Below are positions 10,808 to 22,887 of a stretch of 64,000 bases of DNA, piece by piece (position 1 is the first letter of the stretch; each line of letters opens with the position of its first letter). Both the position numbers and the translations under genes were made by a program. The stretch lies in NCBI GenBank assembly GCA_946965045.2, contig OX337234.1, positions 1,364,001 through 1,428,000 on the forward strand. The letters run 5' to 3'. The stretch comes from Epithemia pelagica. Taxonomy: Eukaryota > Protista > Bacillariophyta. The notes under the pieces were generated by a model. The model was not told the origin of the DNA and did no database searches. It saw only the letters and a program-made list of their open reading frames with translations.

Positions 10808-13800
10808 TTAATAGCACTCGGTGCAGCAGGATTCGGGGCCACAAAGAACCTTGCCGGGTGTGTTGCAATCGGCCGTGAGTTTCCGAGGTGGACCCAATAG
10901 AAGGTTGCAGATGGATTCTGGCATGGGTCCCGTCAACTCGTTCTTGTGCAGTTGTATGCTTTCGATTTGAACATAACCGTTGATATTGCCCAACTCGTCG
11001 GGAATCGTTCCATTCAAAAAATTATCCTGCAAGGCCAACGTTTGGAGCTCGACCAGACTGCCCAATTTCGTGGGAATCGGACCCACCAGGCCCATATTCG
11101 ACAACCCCAAATGACGCACTCCCACCCGTCCAATCATGGTCGGGATGGTACCTCCCACTCTCGGATTGTTGTCCAGGTAAAGATGGCCAAGCTTTTGGAA
11201 ATATCCCATGGTACTGTCCACATTCAAAAACGACTCCAGTCCTCCCGTAAAATCATTGTCGTGTAGAGAAAGGTTATTCAATGGCCGCATGCTGGCAAAA
11301 AACGACGGCAAGGTTCCATTCAACCAGTTTCCATGCAAGCCCAATGATGTTAATTTTCCAAGACCTTGCAGTTCCGTTGGAATGGGAGCCTCAAAACGAC
11401 AATTGGACAATTTCAACTCCATCAAAGTCGTCAACAAGCCCAGAGTAGACGGAAGGGTTCCTCCGAGGTGAGGATTGCCATCCAGAGAGAGACTGTCGAG
11501 TGACTTTTGATACTCCATGCCGCTCGTGTTGCTCATAAAGGCTGTCAAGTCTCCCGTCAAATTGCACTTTTGCAGAGAAATTTCGTGCATGTGTGGAAAA
11601 TCGGAAATCCTCCAGGACAAGGCATTGTGGATAGGGGTTTCATCCATTCTCAATCCCATTAGTTGGGGAAGGTATATGGGCAAGACGGAAAACAACTCAT
11701 GGGCATTTTGCAAGTACGTCAAACCTCTCAACGACAACCATTCAAGTTGACTCATGTCCTGAAAGAGTGTGGTATTCAGAGGACCTGAAAACTGCGCATA
11801 GGAAAGGTCCAAAAGCACCAGGTTGGTGAGGGATCCAAGTTGGCTGGGAAATCCTTGGTCGCTGCCCAGGCCCAATCCGGTATTCGTAAAATGGAGTTCT
11901 TCCAAATTGGTCAATTGTCCCAACCACCACCAGGAAGCCGTACTCAAGGCAGGGTTGTTTGTCAAGGTCAACTTGGTTAAAAATTCTCCCAGCAAACTCA
12001 CTTCCACTGGAAGGTCACCCGACAAGGATTGGTCGGTCAAGTGCAAGTCCGTGACGGGACCATAGAAAAGAGCCCGCGTCGTCTCCCAATAGGTTTCGTT
12101 GCACTCCACTCTCGGCCAAGAACATTCATTTTCTCGGCCCGCGCTCCTGTCCAACCACAACAATGTATCATTGTGATTCGTGGCGTAAAAGATGCATGCC
12201 AAGGCATAGCGTTGCGCAATCCGCCAATCGGGCATGTCTACCGACGTTCGTTCGACAAACCGCAGGGCCTTTCGCCAATATGGCTCTGATGGTTCAGAAG
12301 GATTGGTGTCGTCGTCATCGTCATTGTGGGTTTCAAACACACGGGGATACTGAGTCCGCAACCGTTGTTCCAGGTCCGATTGATATCGTGTCGGTGCCGA
12401 GGAAGGAGTCGGGGAACGAGAAGGGTACCGAGAGGGTGCATTTCTGTCCGATGGCGGGGTACTTGGTACCCACGTAGTAGTAGTAGTGACGAGGAACGGG
12501 GCCGGAGTCCTTATTTGGGGAGCGGACGATGGAGCGAATAGCACTCCTGGATCCATGTTTGTAGTCGCAGTGGAGGAGGACGACGAAAACGAGGAAACGG
12601 TCACCACCACCACCACCACCACCACCACCACGACAACAGCGATCAGAACAAGGGAGACCAAACTGTAGGCAAGGATTCGTGTCGTTGTCGTCGTTTTTTC
12701 CATGCTGCAGGTTGGTGCTGCGGTGGTCCTTCAGCATGTCCGTGTGATTCTTGAACAGAGGGGGATGGACTGGGTGGTGTTGGGGGACGAGTGCGGGGTG
12801 GTGGTATCGTGCGACCTTCCACCAACAACAAATGGGACGAATCGTCCCGCATCATCCTTGGAGGACGAATGGGACGCTCCTCGTCCACTACCAAGGTGGC
12901 CGAAATGAGATGCGGATGAAAGGGGAGTTCTTCCTCCTCATTGTCGTCGTCATCATCATCATTAGGGTTCTCGAACTGCGGGTGGCCTTCTGGTCGAACT
13001 GTGCTTGGCAGTGACAGTCTTGGTTCGGACTCGATCTGGATGGGTGGTCCTTGTGAAATTGCAGAATGTTGAGTGGGGTGGTTTCGGTCCAAGGATGATG
13101 GAGCTGCCTTTTCATCATTAATATCATTTTCATTGGTTCTTCGAAACAAGTAGGGTGAAATGGGTTCGCGTCGTTCTCCTTGGGCATGGCCATGAAAGGA
13201 ATAATGCACCGCACCGGGTCGAGTGGCAGCGTTGGAGGAGGATCGATGGCGTCTTGTAGTCGTAGTCGTACCGGACGAGACGCGCCGGTTCGAATGATTC
13301 GGATTGTGAGTATTCGTTCTCGTAGTGTGATTGCTAGTTCCATTTGGTTCCGAGGCACGGGCGGTTGGAGGAGGAGCCTCTCCCACCATGGGCGCTGCTG
13401 TCTGGCTTGGATCGGTTGGTGGCAATTTTGAGGTGGGTATTTCTTTGGTGGTTAGAACCACTGAGATAGCTGACAGTATTGGAGGATCTTGTTTTGAGCA
13501 GGGCCAATCCAAGGACCAGCTCTCCGCATCTTGCTTTGTGGTGTCAGTGTTGTTGCCGTTGTTCGCAATGAACCTCGTCATGTTGCTGTTGTCGATCGTT
13601 TCAAACTTGTCGTCCAGAGAGGAGGCTGCATTACAGAGATTGGATGCCAGCCGTTCGTCTCGCGCGTGTTTCAACGTTGTTGCCGTGTCCGTGTGGACCT
13701 TTGTTTTGGTGTCATTGTCATGGCCATCGTCGTGCGGAAGTGTGGTGTCTCTACCGTGTTGTGGCTGAAACAGACTCGTAGTGTTGGGAACCTCTTCTTC

Positions 13801-13974
13801 CAGTATCCTACTGGTATCCTCGTCCCTGCCCAGTGTTGGGTCGCCACCCCCGGCATCTTTTGTCATTGTGGCGTCGCCATTGTCGTGGCCCATCCTCCGG
13901 CATTGCTTTTGGTGGAAGAAGCAGACCACAGCAACTCTGTTTTGTCCGTCACCACAATGGCTCGAGTCAGTCAA
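10808..13974 (-). CDS. Type-II membrane leucine-rich-repeat protein (disordered N-terminus, TM, LRR ectodomain) split by a 1-nt frameshift near 12680-12703
   Basis: ORF 12643-13974 is low-complexity with a PGAV motif and ends ...WKKRR just before the TM. ORF 10808-12703 starts with a poly-Val TM followed by QRYALACIFYAT, ECSWPRVEC and plant-type LRRs (LxLxxNxLxGxIP). Confidence 0.8.
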
Positions 13975-14239
13975 TTGTATTAGAGATTAGAGGGGGCGAG
14001 TATATGGGGATATCTTCAATCTTTTCTGCGTCGCAGAGATAACAACATCATAGCCTAATCATAGCGCGTCCATGTTCCGACCGCATGCCACGCCTTTGAT
14101 AACCCCTTGGGTTATTGAAGTATTTTCAGTCACACTTCTCTGTGTCTGGACATGACTCAACATGTTCACCGTCTGACCGCGTGTCCTGACGGTCGCGTGT
14201 GGCGGACATAAATCGTACAACTTACCCCCTAACTTATCA

Positions 14240-15115
14240 TCGGAACATTGATGCGGGTGAAGGTGCGAGTGCGGGGGCTTAGGCTATCTCCACCCGAGCG
14301 CCGCTATGCTGACGTATTGGGGCTTTCTGATTGGCCTCGCTATCCGGATAGCGGATTAGCGGAGCCAAAGGGAAATAAACTCCACGATCTCCGTTAAAAG
14401 AACGCCGCTATCTCGCGTTGCGCGTACGCATTGCGCATATGCCCTCTTTTGTTTCGGTTAAAAAGGGGTGCGACCGCGGAAGTTGCGGAATTCAAACAAG
14501 ACAATCAACGAGAGCACAAAGCATAAACCAAAGATGGAAGACCCGTTGTTCTCCCTCTTCATTGTTGACTGTCATGGTGAATCATGTTGTTGTTCATGGC
14601 CAATGTAGATGTAGGTTGTAGGTTGTAGGTTGCAGTCCAATCTTCCTATTCCCTGTCCGATTTCCGACTGATTGTCTGATAATTGATAATCGAACTCATC
14701 AATAGTTTGAATGATGCATTTGTTTGATTGTTGCATTCCTTCCGATCCGTGATCCTCGAATCATCTTGCTGTGCATGGTTCTTGTCCCAATGTAGGAAGT
14801 AGGGAACACAACAATGGAAAAAGAGATGGTAAGCGATCGTCACAATCAATACGTGCCATTGCCATGTTTTCGACACGAGAGATTCAAAGTTTCACTGTTG
14901 GCAGCAGACGTTAATTTATTTATGCCGATGGTTATATTTTGCTCCGCTATCCGCTATTTTCCCCGCTATTCGGGGCCCTAAATAGCGGCAAAAATAGCGG
15001 ATGGCGGAGCTGTTTAGCGGTTAGAGGAGATGGTGGAGTTCGATAGCGGTTTTGGGGCCTTTAGCGGGCCCGGGTGGAGATAGCCTTACCCCCCGCACTC
15101 GCATCAACGTTCCTA
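14240..15115. mobile_element. Non-autonomous DNA transposon (MITE-like, possibly hAT-type) with TIRs and subterminal CCGCTA/TAGCGG repeats
   Basis: Left ggaacattgatgcg..tgcgagtgcgggggcttaggctatctccacccg (14242-14296) is the reverse complement of right cgggtggagatagccttaccccccgcactcgcatcaacgttcc (15071-15113). Many CCGCTA/TAGCGG copies lie inside both ends; no transposase ORF; no TSD found. Confidence 0.8.
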
Positions 15116-15586
15116 CTAGAAACTTAACAGTTATCCGCATAGTTTTGTGAGTGTGCTTCAACGGATAGGGCTGCAGTTCCAAGTCGGACTTCCAAAGCCT
15201 TTCTGAATCATGCAGGTGATAGGTACTGCTTTCAATCCGATCCAAACTGTCTTGGTTTCCAACATTTTGTGCGAGAAATTGCAGAGAGAACCTTCTCCAT
15301 GCCTTGATGAATTATATCGACGAACATGATGAATGAGATGACAAAGATATGGTAATCCGTTCATCCCGTTGGGTGACCGATCGAAATTCGATGGGCGGCG
15401 AGATTCGTGTGGACCATCACACCCCCCGAACCAAGTCGTTGCGGCGCGAATTCCATTGGTCCAAACCAAACCAAACAAACAAAACAACCAACGACCGAAC
15501 CGACCGCAACAATGGTGGTGGACCGAGAGAGTCACACAATCATATGGACCCTTCATCCAGCCGTCCCAGTGGCCCACGACGACGCC

Positions 15587-15716
15587 TGGGAAGAAATCAC
15601 CTGCTTTCCTGTCAGTACGGTAGAGACATCCACTAAGGTCCTGACTGGAAGACTTGTCCAGTCAGGACCTCAGTTGACGTCTCCTCCGTGTTGACTGGAA
15701 CGCCGGTGCTTTCCCA
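15587..15716. repeat. Long imperfect inverted repeat (fold-back hairpin)
   Basis: Core aggtcctgactgga / tccagtcaggacct around a 7-nt loop; arms extend with mismatches to about 60 nt each. Confidence 0.85.
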
Positions 15717-16490
15717 ACAGGAACGAGTCTGGCCGCCACACTCACGTTTGGATACTTCCAGTCCTGCGAATGGGGTGGATCCAAACAAGAGAAGGAGGAA
15801 CGCAGCCACAACAAGCACTTTGGAGACTAAAAGGCAGGACGGGGCTGCGGATTCACACAAGACGAGGAACGCGCATCCTACGAAATACAACGTCTCCTCC
15901 ATTCACAGACTTGTACAGGAAGAGTCCCATGACCTGAAATTCGAAACAAGAGTCTCGTATACAGGTGTACACACATGACAGAGCAAATATCTCGCGGCCA
16001 CTGTTTCACAGCGTGTCGTTGTGGAGCATTGCAACCAACGACAAGAGACTCTCTCAAGACACCATCATGCTTCTCTTGCAGAACCAAACACTACAGTGCT
16101 GGCGTGTCGAGAGAAATGTTTGTCTGTGTGCTTTCTGTGAGAGGAGGCGAAACACTCGACAAGAACAAGAAGCCAGCAAGTGGACAACACACACACAACG
16201 CCTCCCGCAGGAGCATCCTGGTCCGCCCGTGTGTGCATCCACAGTTCTGGACGCGAGGTTTCTCGATTGTTCGAGAAACACACACACAGGGGCGTCCATT
16301 CAAATAGACCACAAACACTGATACTCGTTCTCGCGTGTAGATCCTACAAAATGATTGGTTGAATCTAGGTAGCTTCTAAAGTTACAGTCCCAATGGTTGG
16401 TTTCGTCACGGCAGAGCGTTCCTGTCGTGCTGGACCACGACACTGTGGTTCGCCGTCCGTGGATGGACTTGGTGGACAGGACGACTGCGT

Positions 16491-18584
16491 TTAGGATGGA
16501 TTGCGCAACAAACTGGGGACATAGCCTCGCAGTGCGACACGTCGAGCGACATTGCGATAATAATAGGCTTCACTTTCCGTCGGATACTCCAGGGTACCGA
16601 CCAGTTTGCGACTGTCGGCAAACAAGTATTCGACCTTGCGTACCGTGCGGGTTCGTTCGGGCAAGTGTCCATACAAGGTCGCATACAAGACACAGGCAAA
16701 CAAGTAACTGCCATGAACACTGGAATGAATGCCATCGGCAATAAACAGCTTTTGCCAGAGGGATCGTCGTTCTTCGTAAACCGTCAAATAGGCAATGCCA
16801 ATGGGTGCCACAACGGGATATTGCCAGGGTGGTAAGACACTGGCCAAGGCATTGACATAATCTTCCACGCCGTCGTAAATGAGGGATTGAAAGTATTCGA
16901 CACTTTGCAATCCCGTCATGTTGGCTTCCTCACTCCAAAAAGAATGCGTATCGACCAAGACGGGTATGGCTCCCGTATTGTTCAAGAGTGGTCCATAGGC
17001 ATTGGCGAGGGAATAAATGGTTTCTTGTCGGGCTTCTTCAAAGGCCATGCGTTTGGTTTGATCCACCAAGACGACATAATCCCAATTGACATAGGATTGA
17101 TTGTCATTGTAGAGTATTTCATCGACATATTCCTTGTATCCCTTATCCATAATGCAGGGATTCCGCATGTCATTGTAATAGGCCCCATCTTGGTTCCCAT
17201 AGGTCAAAATTTCGTCGTATCCCACCAGTATTTGCGCCACGGTACACAGGCCATAATCGTAAATACTTTCATTGTAGCCATAACTGGTGGTATAATTTTC
17301 CATATAGGCTTCGTCGGTCCGCCATTGTTTGTACATGCCACTGCCCGTCAACAAAATGGTGGCCAAGGATTTGGCCGATGCATGAATGACGGATTGTTGA
17401 TGAATGTGATAGTTGGAAATGCATTCCATGACGCGAGGAACGTCATTGACAAACAGATAGACATTGCCGACAAAGGCGACATTTAATTCCAACGACCAAT
17501 CCACCAGCAAATCGACATCGGTAATTTTGAACCGATTGGCGTAGACACCATAGACCAAGCCAAAGGTCATGGCGGCAAACAACACGACATGAAACATGCC
17601 CGCCGAAGACAAGGTAAACATGACGTAATGGGCCAATCCGGAAAAGCCATTGGCCGCGGGTACCTTGGTGGCAATGTCGTCTCCTCCTCCATGCGCCGCA
17701 GTGGTGGGACGGACCAAGCCCACACCCAAATTGTTGGGACTGGCCACCCTAAACAAGTTGCGTTGTTGGTGGGCTGGAGGAACAGTTTGGGCCAAGAGGC
17801 CTGTTTTTTGCAAATTGCGCTTGAGTTTGCCCATGAATTTCGATACGTTGGAGGCACCCGTGCCTTGAATTTCCGTCTCCTCCTCCACAGGAACATAATC
17901 AGGAATGGCTTCGGGACGAGTTCCGGCTCGAGAGGGCGAGGGAGCATTTTCGTTGTTGTTGTTGGCATGCGACGAATCAATGGTTCGATTGTTTTTGATC
18001 GGCGTGGTTTCATCGTGCAATGCCGATGGATACTGATTGCTCATTTGGGGGGTGTGCGAGGAGGAAGCACTCAAAGTGGCATGACGAGGCAACTGGTGGT
18101 GGGGATTGGTGCTAGTTTTACTGCCCGTACTGGTACTTTTCGTAGTCCCATTGGTACTACTCCATGAAGCAGCCAGTGGCTGTGCGGAAGACCCCGAAGC
18201 CGACGCTCGAACCGTGGTGCGGTCGGCCACATCTATGGAAAGTGCACCGGGTGCCGGAGGAGCGTATGGTTGTGATTGTTGTTGCGAGGACGCCAGCCGC
18301 AAACGGGTGTTCCCCGTCGCAATGGCGGTCGTGGCCGTGGACGGTGTGTTGGTCGTCCCCCTTCGAATCGACTCCAACAGCAAGGAACTCACACCGCGAG
18401 GAGGAGCCGCAGTGGAGGATGGATGTGAAACGCGAGAGGCCGAAGGAGGCTTGAGCAAATGACGTTCAATGACGGAGGAATCGGTGCTGGTGGCTGCTTC
18501 AATTTCAGAGGCATGCATTCGATCCTTGTTACGAGCATTGTTCTTGTGACTTGTTGGATTCCTTTGACTATGGGAGGAACTCAT
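16491..18584 (-). CDS. Membrane-anchored SGNH-hydrolase-like protein
   Basis: 697 aa; Ser/Thr-rich N-terminus, TM (VVLFAAMTFGLVYGVY), C-terminal VVAPIGIAY...ADGIHSSVHGSYLFACVLYATLYG (DxxH). Confidence 0.7.
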   Translation of the reverse strand: MSSSHSQRNPTSHKNNARNKDRMHASEIEAATSTDSSVIERHLLKPPSASRVSHPSSTAAPPRGVSSLLLESIRRGTTNTPSTATTAIATGNTRLRLASSQQQSQPYAPPAPGALSIDVADRTTVRASASGSSAQPLAASWSSTNGTTKSTSTGSKTSTNPHHQLPRHATLSASSSHTPQMSNQYPSALHDETTPIKNNRTIDSSHANNNNENAPSPSRAGTRPEAIPDYVPVEEETEIQGTGASNVSKFMGKLKRNLQKTGLLAQTVPPAHQQRNLFRVASPNNLGVGLVRPTTAAHGGGDDIATKVPAANGFSGLAHYVMFTLSSAGMFHVVLFAAMTFGLVYGVYANRFKITDVDLLVDWSLELNVAFVGNVYLFVNDVPRVMECISNYHIHQQSVIHASAKSLATILLTGSGMYKQWRTDEAYMENYTTSYGYNESIYDYGLCTVAQILVGYDEILTYGNQDGAYYNDMRNPCIMDKGYKEYVDEILYNDNQSYVNWDYVVLVDQTKRMAFEEARQETIYSLANAYGPLLNNTGAIPVLVDTHSFWSEEANMTGLQSVEYFQSLIYDGVEDYVNALASVLPPWQYPVVAPIGIAYLTVYEERRSLWQKLFIADGIHSSVHGSYLFACVLYATLYGHLPERTRTVRKVEYLFADSRKLVGTLEYPTESEAYYYRNVARRVALRGYVPSLLRNPS

Positions 18585-20343
18585 TTTGATGAATCACACG
18601 GAGGGGGAGGACAGTGCCTTTGTCTCTCTTGCGGATTGTCTGTAGTCTATAGCGTTTGCGTAGGTCCCAGGAAGAAAAAATATATAAAAAAGTAGGTTGC
18701 CCGAATCACCGTCTCACAAGATTGTGTACAACGGATATCCTCAACATTTCCAGAACAATGCCCAAACCCTCTCTCCTCAACTCTCTCTCTTTGCTTCTTG
18801 CCACTCCAGGAATAATGAAAGATGCGATGGCGGTTTTAGTCTTTGGATCGCTCTTGTCTTGGCAACAACTCCTTTTGTCTGGAACTTTCTCAAAAGGTCT
18901 CTCTCTTGTTTGTTGTTTGCGGCCTAATCACAATCACATCGACCGACCGTGGATGCGTCCCATAAATACCGACACCATCCAACGGTCGGTCATGCTTGGA
19001 CCATGTCACGCCTGCACCCTGCAGGGCTATAGCATTTTTTCGTCGAGCGCGCGCAAAGAGACCCGACTCGGAATACTCTCAAGCGTCTGTTAAAGGGATT
19101 CGTCTAAGAGAACCAAAGTCCTGCTCGAACCTACAAACATGACCACACTGGGGAGTATATGCTGGTTGAGATTTTCTCGCAGAGAGGTACTCTTCGGGTT
19201 CAATCAAAACACTGTGGTTCAGAAGATGACAAGAACATGTCGACGACGACGACAAAGACCAGTCCGAGATGAAGAGGGAACCGCTTTGGACCGTGTCGTC
19301 CGCGAAGGGAACATAAAGTTGCGCAAGCGCTCGAAGGACTTGGACGCATGAATATCTTCCCAACAATGCCAGAATTTACTCGAATACAACATCATATCAC
19401 AATAGCATCTTCACATCACGCACTTTTACTACCTAGATCGCTAATGCAACTGTATCGACTGGTTGTCATGGTATTCGACACAAACTGTTTGCGTAGGAGT
19501 AGGTAGTCAATTTTTTGTTCCATCCTTGTTGCAGTTATTCGGTTCTATTCCTTCACTTTGTATGTGAGGAGTAGGTTCTAGAAACCGGGTCGCATCTTGC
19601 GTCCGCTCCAGTAGTTTTGGAGGAACCCCCAGTGCCCCATTTGCAGTTGCCACTGAGAAGTATCGCCATGGTTCGTGTCCAAGCGGAAATTGCGGGATGT
19701 TTTCGGCGAAGAACGGAGAAGCTGTTTTTTCTTTTACTCCCGCAATGTCGTCTCATCGGGTAGCGCGCATAGCTATTCGAAAGTACTCGTAGTTAATGTC
19801 TCTAGCACTCCTCTACTAGGAATACAACTTGCCACTTCTTTTCCAAGAGACGCCGACGTACAAGATTGGTGAAGCACCTTGTTCGAACCATGGTTTGTCG
19901 GTGTCACTGTTTGTGTTTGAGATCTGTATCTGGTTTTTCCAGTTGACTCAAGGTAAAGTCTTGTGTCCGCAATGGGTCATCCGCCCGTATACAGGCCAAG
20001 TCACCACGACCCGCCGTGCATCATCTACTTGTAAAGCTTCACACAATGGGGACAGAGAAATTCTAATTTATAAGGCTGTGATACCAGAACTTTGATTAAC
20101 ATTAAAATAAAAACACTACACTTCGTCCAGGAATCAGGAATATCTTCCAAAAAACAAATGACGAAAAAAACGTCTTCAAAATTGTTGGTCCAGTGAGATC
20201 GAGTGATAAAAGGCCCCGCTTCCACATCTCGCACTCTCTCTGGTCTCTTCTATCTCCTTGACAGTCACAGATATACACCACAAATGTTTTGTTGGTGCCA
20301 GCAACATCCACACACACTCACATTACAGAAAGCGGCACCTTCT

Positions 20344-21789
20344 CTACAAGAGCTTGGCCGCGGCAATGGTAATATCGTCACGGTATTCTCCATTGTATTC
20401 GTCTTGCCATCGTTGCGCGCACGATTGGATCATGTGTTCGACGGCCACCATGGGATGCAGGGGTGGTGCTGTTCGTTCCGTCATGGGATCCGGTTCGTCA
20501 CCCTCATACACTTCTTCCTCGTCTTCGCCGTCGTGGTCGGATCCAAAAAAGGCGCGCGTCAAACACGAGGCCAATTCATCGGCATAGGCAACATCCAGGA
20601 CACCATCACTGACCGACACACCCAAGAGATCCACGTCGTCCAACATGAGCTCCTGGCCAAAGGAATCCACCGGGAACCGTTGAATCACTCGTTCTTTCAA
20701 GTCAGATACCGACCATTTCGTGACTTGCGGTGTCGCAATAACACCCGGAGCTCCCCGATCGCCCAGGGATCGACTCATGCCCAAACCAAAGTCTTCCTCA
20801 TCGACCTGATACAAGACATAGCCTTGTGGACCAATTACTCCACCGGCACGCACAATGCGTTCGCATTCTTGAGGAACTTCGGGAACATGCCGATCTGTTG
20901 TTTCTAATACCACGCATTGATCCAACTTGGCAATGTAGGCACATACCATGGACATGGAATCGCCCGTATTGACCAAGTAGACAGTAGGACCCAACTGGAC
21001 CACGGCCGACAGTGTAGTTCCACCATACCGAGACATGGTTTGAGGAATGCCTTGGTCCACTGTCTCCACTGACCGCGCTAAACGAGCAGCAATGTCCGCG
21101 TCTGGGTCGTCCATAGCGTGCTGTAGGTCTGCCGTCAAAATCTCTTCCCAATTCTTCCGGCAATGCTCCGCAACTTGGTGTCCCATGGACGCATGTCCAT
21201 CCAGCACACCGAGTAACAAGGTTGGTTCCTTCCGGTTGGTCAGCAACGGGTGAACTACCATACCACAGTCTTGATTGACTCCTTTGGATCCAGTCAATGT
21301 CAATGCCAAACGGTGATGATTGCCACAAGATTTTAACCGATCCAAGGCCATCCGGCGACGTTCTTCCAAAGCATCTTCTTCGGTCCGGATAATGGTCTCC
21401 GTCCGAGGACGTTTTCGTCCGTGACGCGGTACGGAGGAAACCTCTACCAACTCATGAGCATCTTCGTCACTATTACTACTAGACGAAGACGAGGATTCGT
21501 CCGAAGATAAGGAAGCTTCGAGCGTTGGCAAGGTTTCGTCCTCGTCTTTCCACAAATCTTGTTGTTGTTGTTGCAAAGTTTCAAGTGCCGAATGCACTCG
21601 TCGATCAAAAAAGACATCGGCCGCTTGCAGAATGCGGGGATCGTCCTCCACGGGCCGACAAGCAACTGTACCAGGAGTCTCCGAAACCACCACGGGTGGA
21701 TTTCCACCAAACCAGGTGAACTGACAGACCGATTTGAAACATTCAAACAATGACGTTGCTTCAGTCTGTTGCACCATGGTCCAAACCAC
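20344..21789 (-). CDS. PP2C/PPM-family protein phosphatase
   Basis: 481 aa; GVNQD, GVLDGH, GGTT, NTGDS, GMSRSLGD, SDGV and DDIT motifs. Confidence 0.9.
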   Translation of the reverse strand: MVWTMVQQTEATSLFECFKSVCQFTWFGGNPPVVVSETPGTVACRPVEDDPRILQAADVFFDRRVHSALETLQQQQQDLWKDEDETLPTLEASLSSDESSSSSSSNSDEDAHELVEVSSVPRHGRKRPRTETIIRTEEDALEERRRMALDRLKSCGNHHRLALTLTGSKGVNQDCGMVVHPLLTNRKEPTLLLGVLDGHASMGHQVAEHCRKNWEEILTADLQHAMDDPDADIAARLARSVETVDQGIPQTMSRYGGTTLSAVVQLGPTVYLVNTGDSMSMVCAYIAKLDQCVVLETTDRHVPEVPQECERIVRAGGVIGPQGYVLYQVDEEDFGLGMSRSLGDRGAPGVIATPQVTKWSVSDLKERVIQRFPVDSFGQELMLDDVDLLGVSVSDGVLDVAYADELASCLTRAFFGSDHDGEDEEEVYEGDEPDPMTERTAPPLHPMVAVEHMIQSCAQRWQDEYNGEYRDDITIAAAKLL

Positions 21790-22887
21790 AAGACAAGGGA
21801 GTATACAATCAATGCTGTTGTTGTATTGAGGATAGTTTCTGATGGTGTTTTGGTTCGCCGTTATTGTCTAGAGAGTGGTGTTGTGACGTAATTTATCAAT
21901 GAATTGATCGGTGGTCTCGGGTCTTCGGTCCGATGGCTTTGCTTGGATGCAAAATCGAAGACATGGAACATGCCACACCGGCCGAGGCATTATGTGAGGC
22001 GAAACGGTGTCACCGGTTAGTACACTTTCCTATAACAGTGTACATATGAAATCCATCGAATACAGCCCCAACTCTCCTTCTCTAATTACTCAACGGTGCT
22101 CGCTCCCATCCCGGTCTTAACGCTTCCACGACCGCGAGGTCCGTTAGTGATCGTGTAATCGCCTGTCGGCCAAGCGGCAGGTGCCCTAAATTTACGGCAT
22201 GGTGAAATTTAGCTCCGCCGTGTCAGTCGGGTAGGAGTCGTATATCCCATCGTTCTTTCAGTCATGGTCGTGTTTCCACTTAGAGAAATCGTCGATCTTG
22301 GAAACGCCAGCCAAACAAAGAATTCGATTGGGCGTGATGTCGGTCGGAGGGTCTCAAATCCGAAATGTCAAAAATCAGCTGGGTGCACCTGGACGGCGTC
22401 CGAGAACCGACTACCCATACCTCCCAATCGACACATCACTCCGATAAAATATAGGTCAACTGTGAAAACAGAGTCATGGAGGAGTAATACCTACTCTATT
22501 GTTTATTATTGCGCGTCAAAGACAAAACGAATCTTTGAACGACTCAGATCTGGGATTTCAGATGCTGACAAAGCAATGACGCCAAGACATATCTTGTAGA
22601 CCTAGCACCTCTAGAGTAGCAACTAGAGCTACCTCTCCATTTTAGGAGCAGGTGAGGAAGAAAACAAACGACAAACGAGACGGCTTTTGAAGTCCTTAGA
22701 CTTAAACCTATGGTTCCTCACTACAAAATCAGTGATCTCAGGTCTAACTCTAAACAAGTCCTTATATATTTCTCATCATCTACAGGGGACGCAGGATCCC
22801 GCCATTCATCGGGACTTTATGTTCGGTGATGACACAACCTTACCAATGTAGCTTCTCTAGGTCACCTTCCTACCGTGAGTCGTCGCA

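Noticed and set aside
22050-22260. Structured-looking intergenic segment with hairpin CTAAATTT...AAATTTAG (possible ncRNA)
   Set aside because: No snRNA, SRP, RNase P/MRP, TPP-riboswitch or telomerase-template motif recognised; a single short hairpin is not enough.
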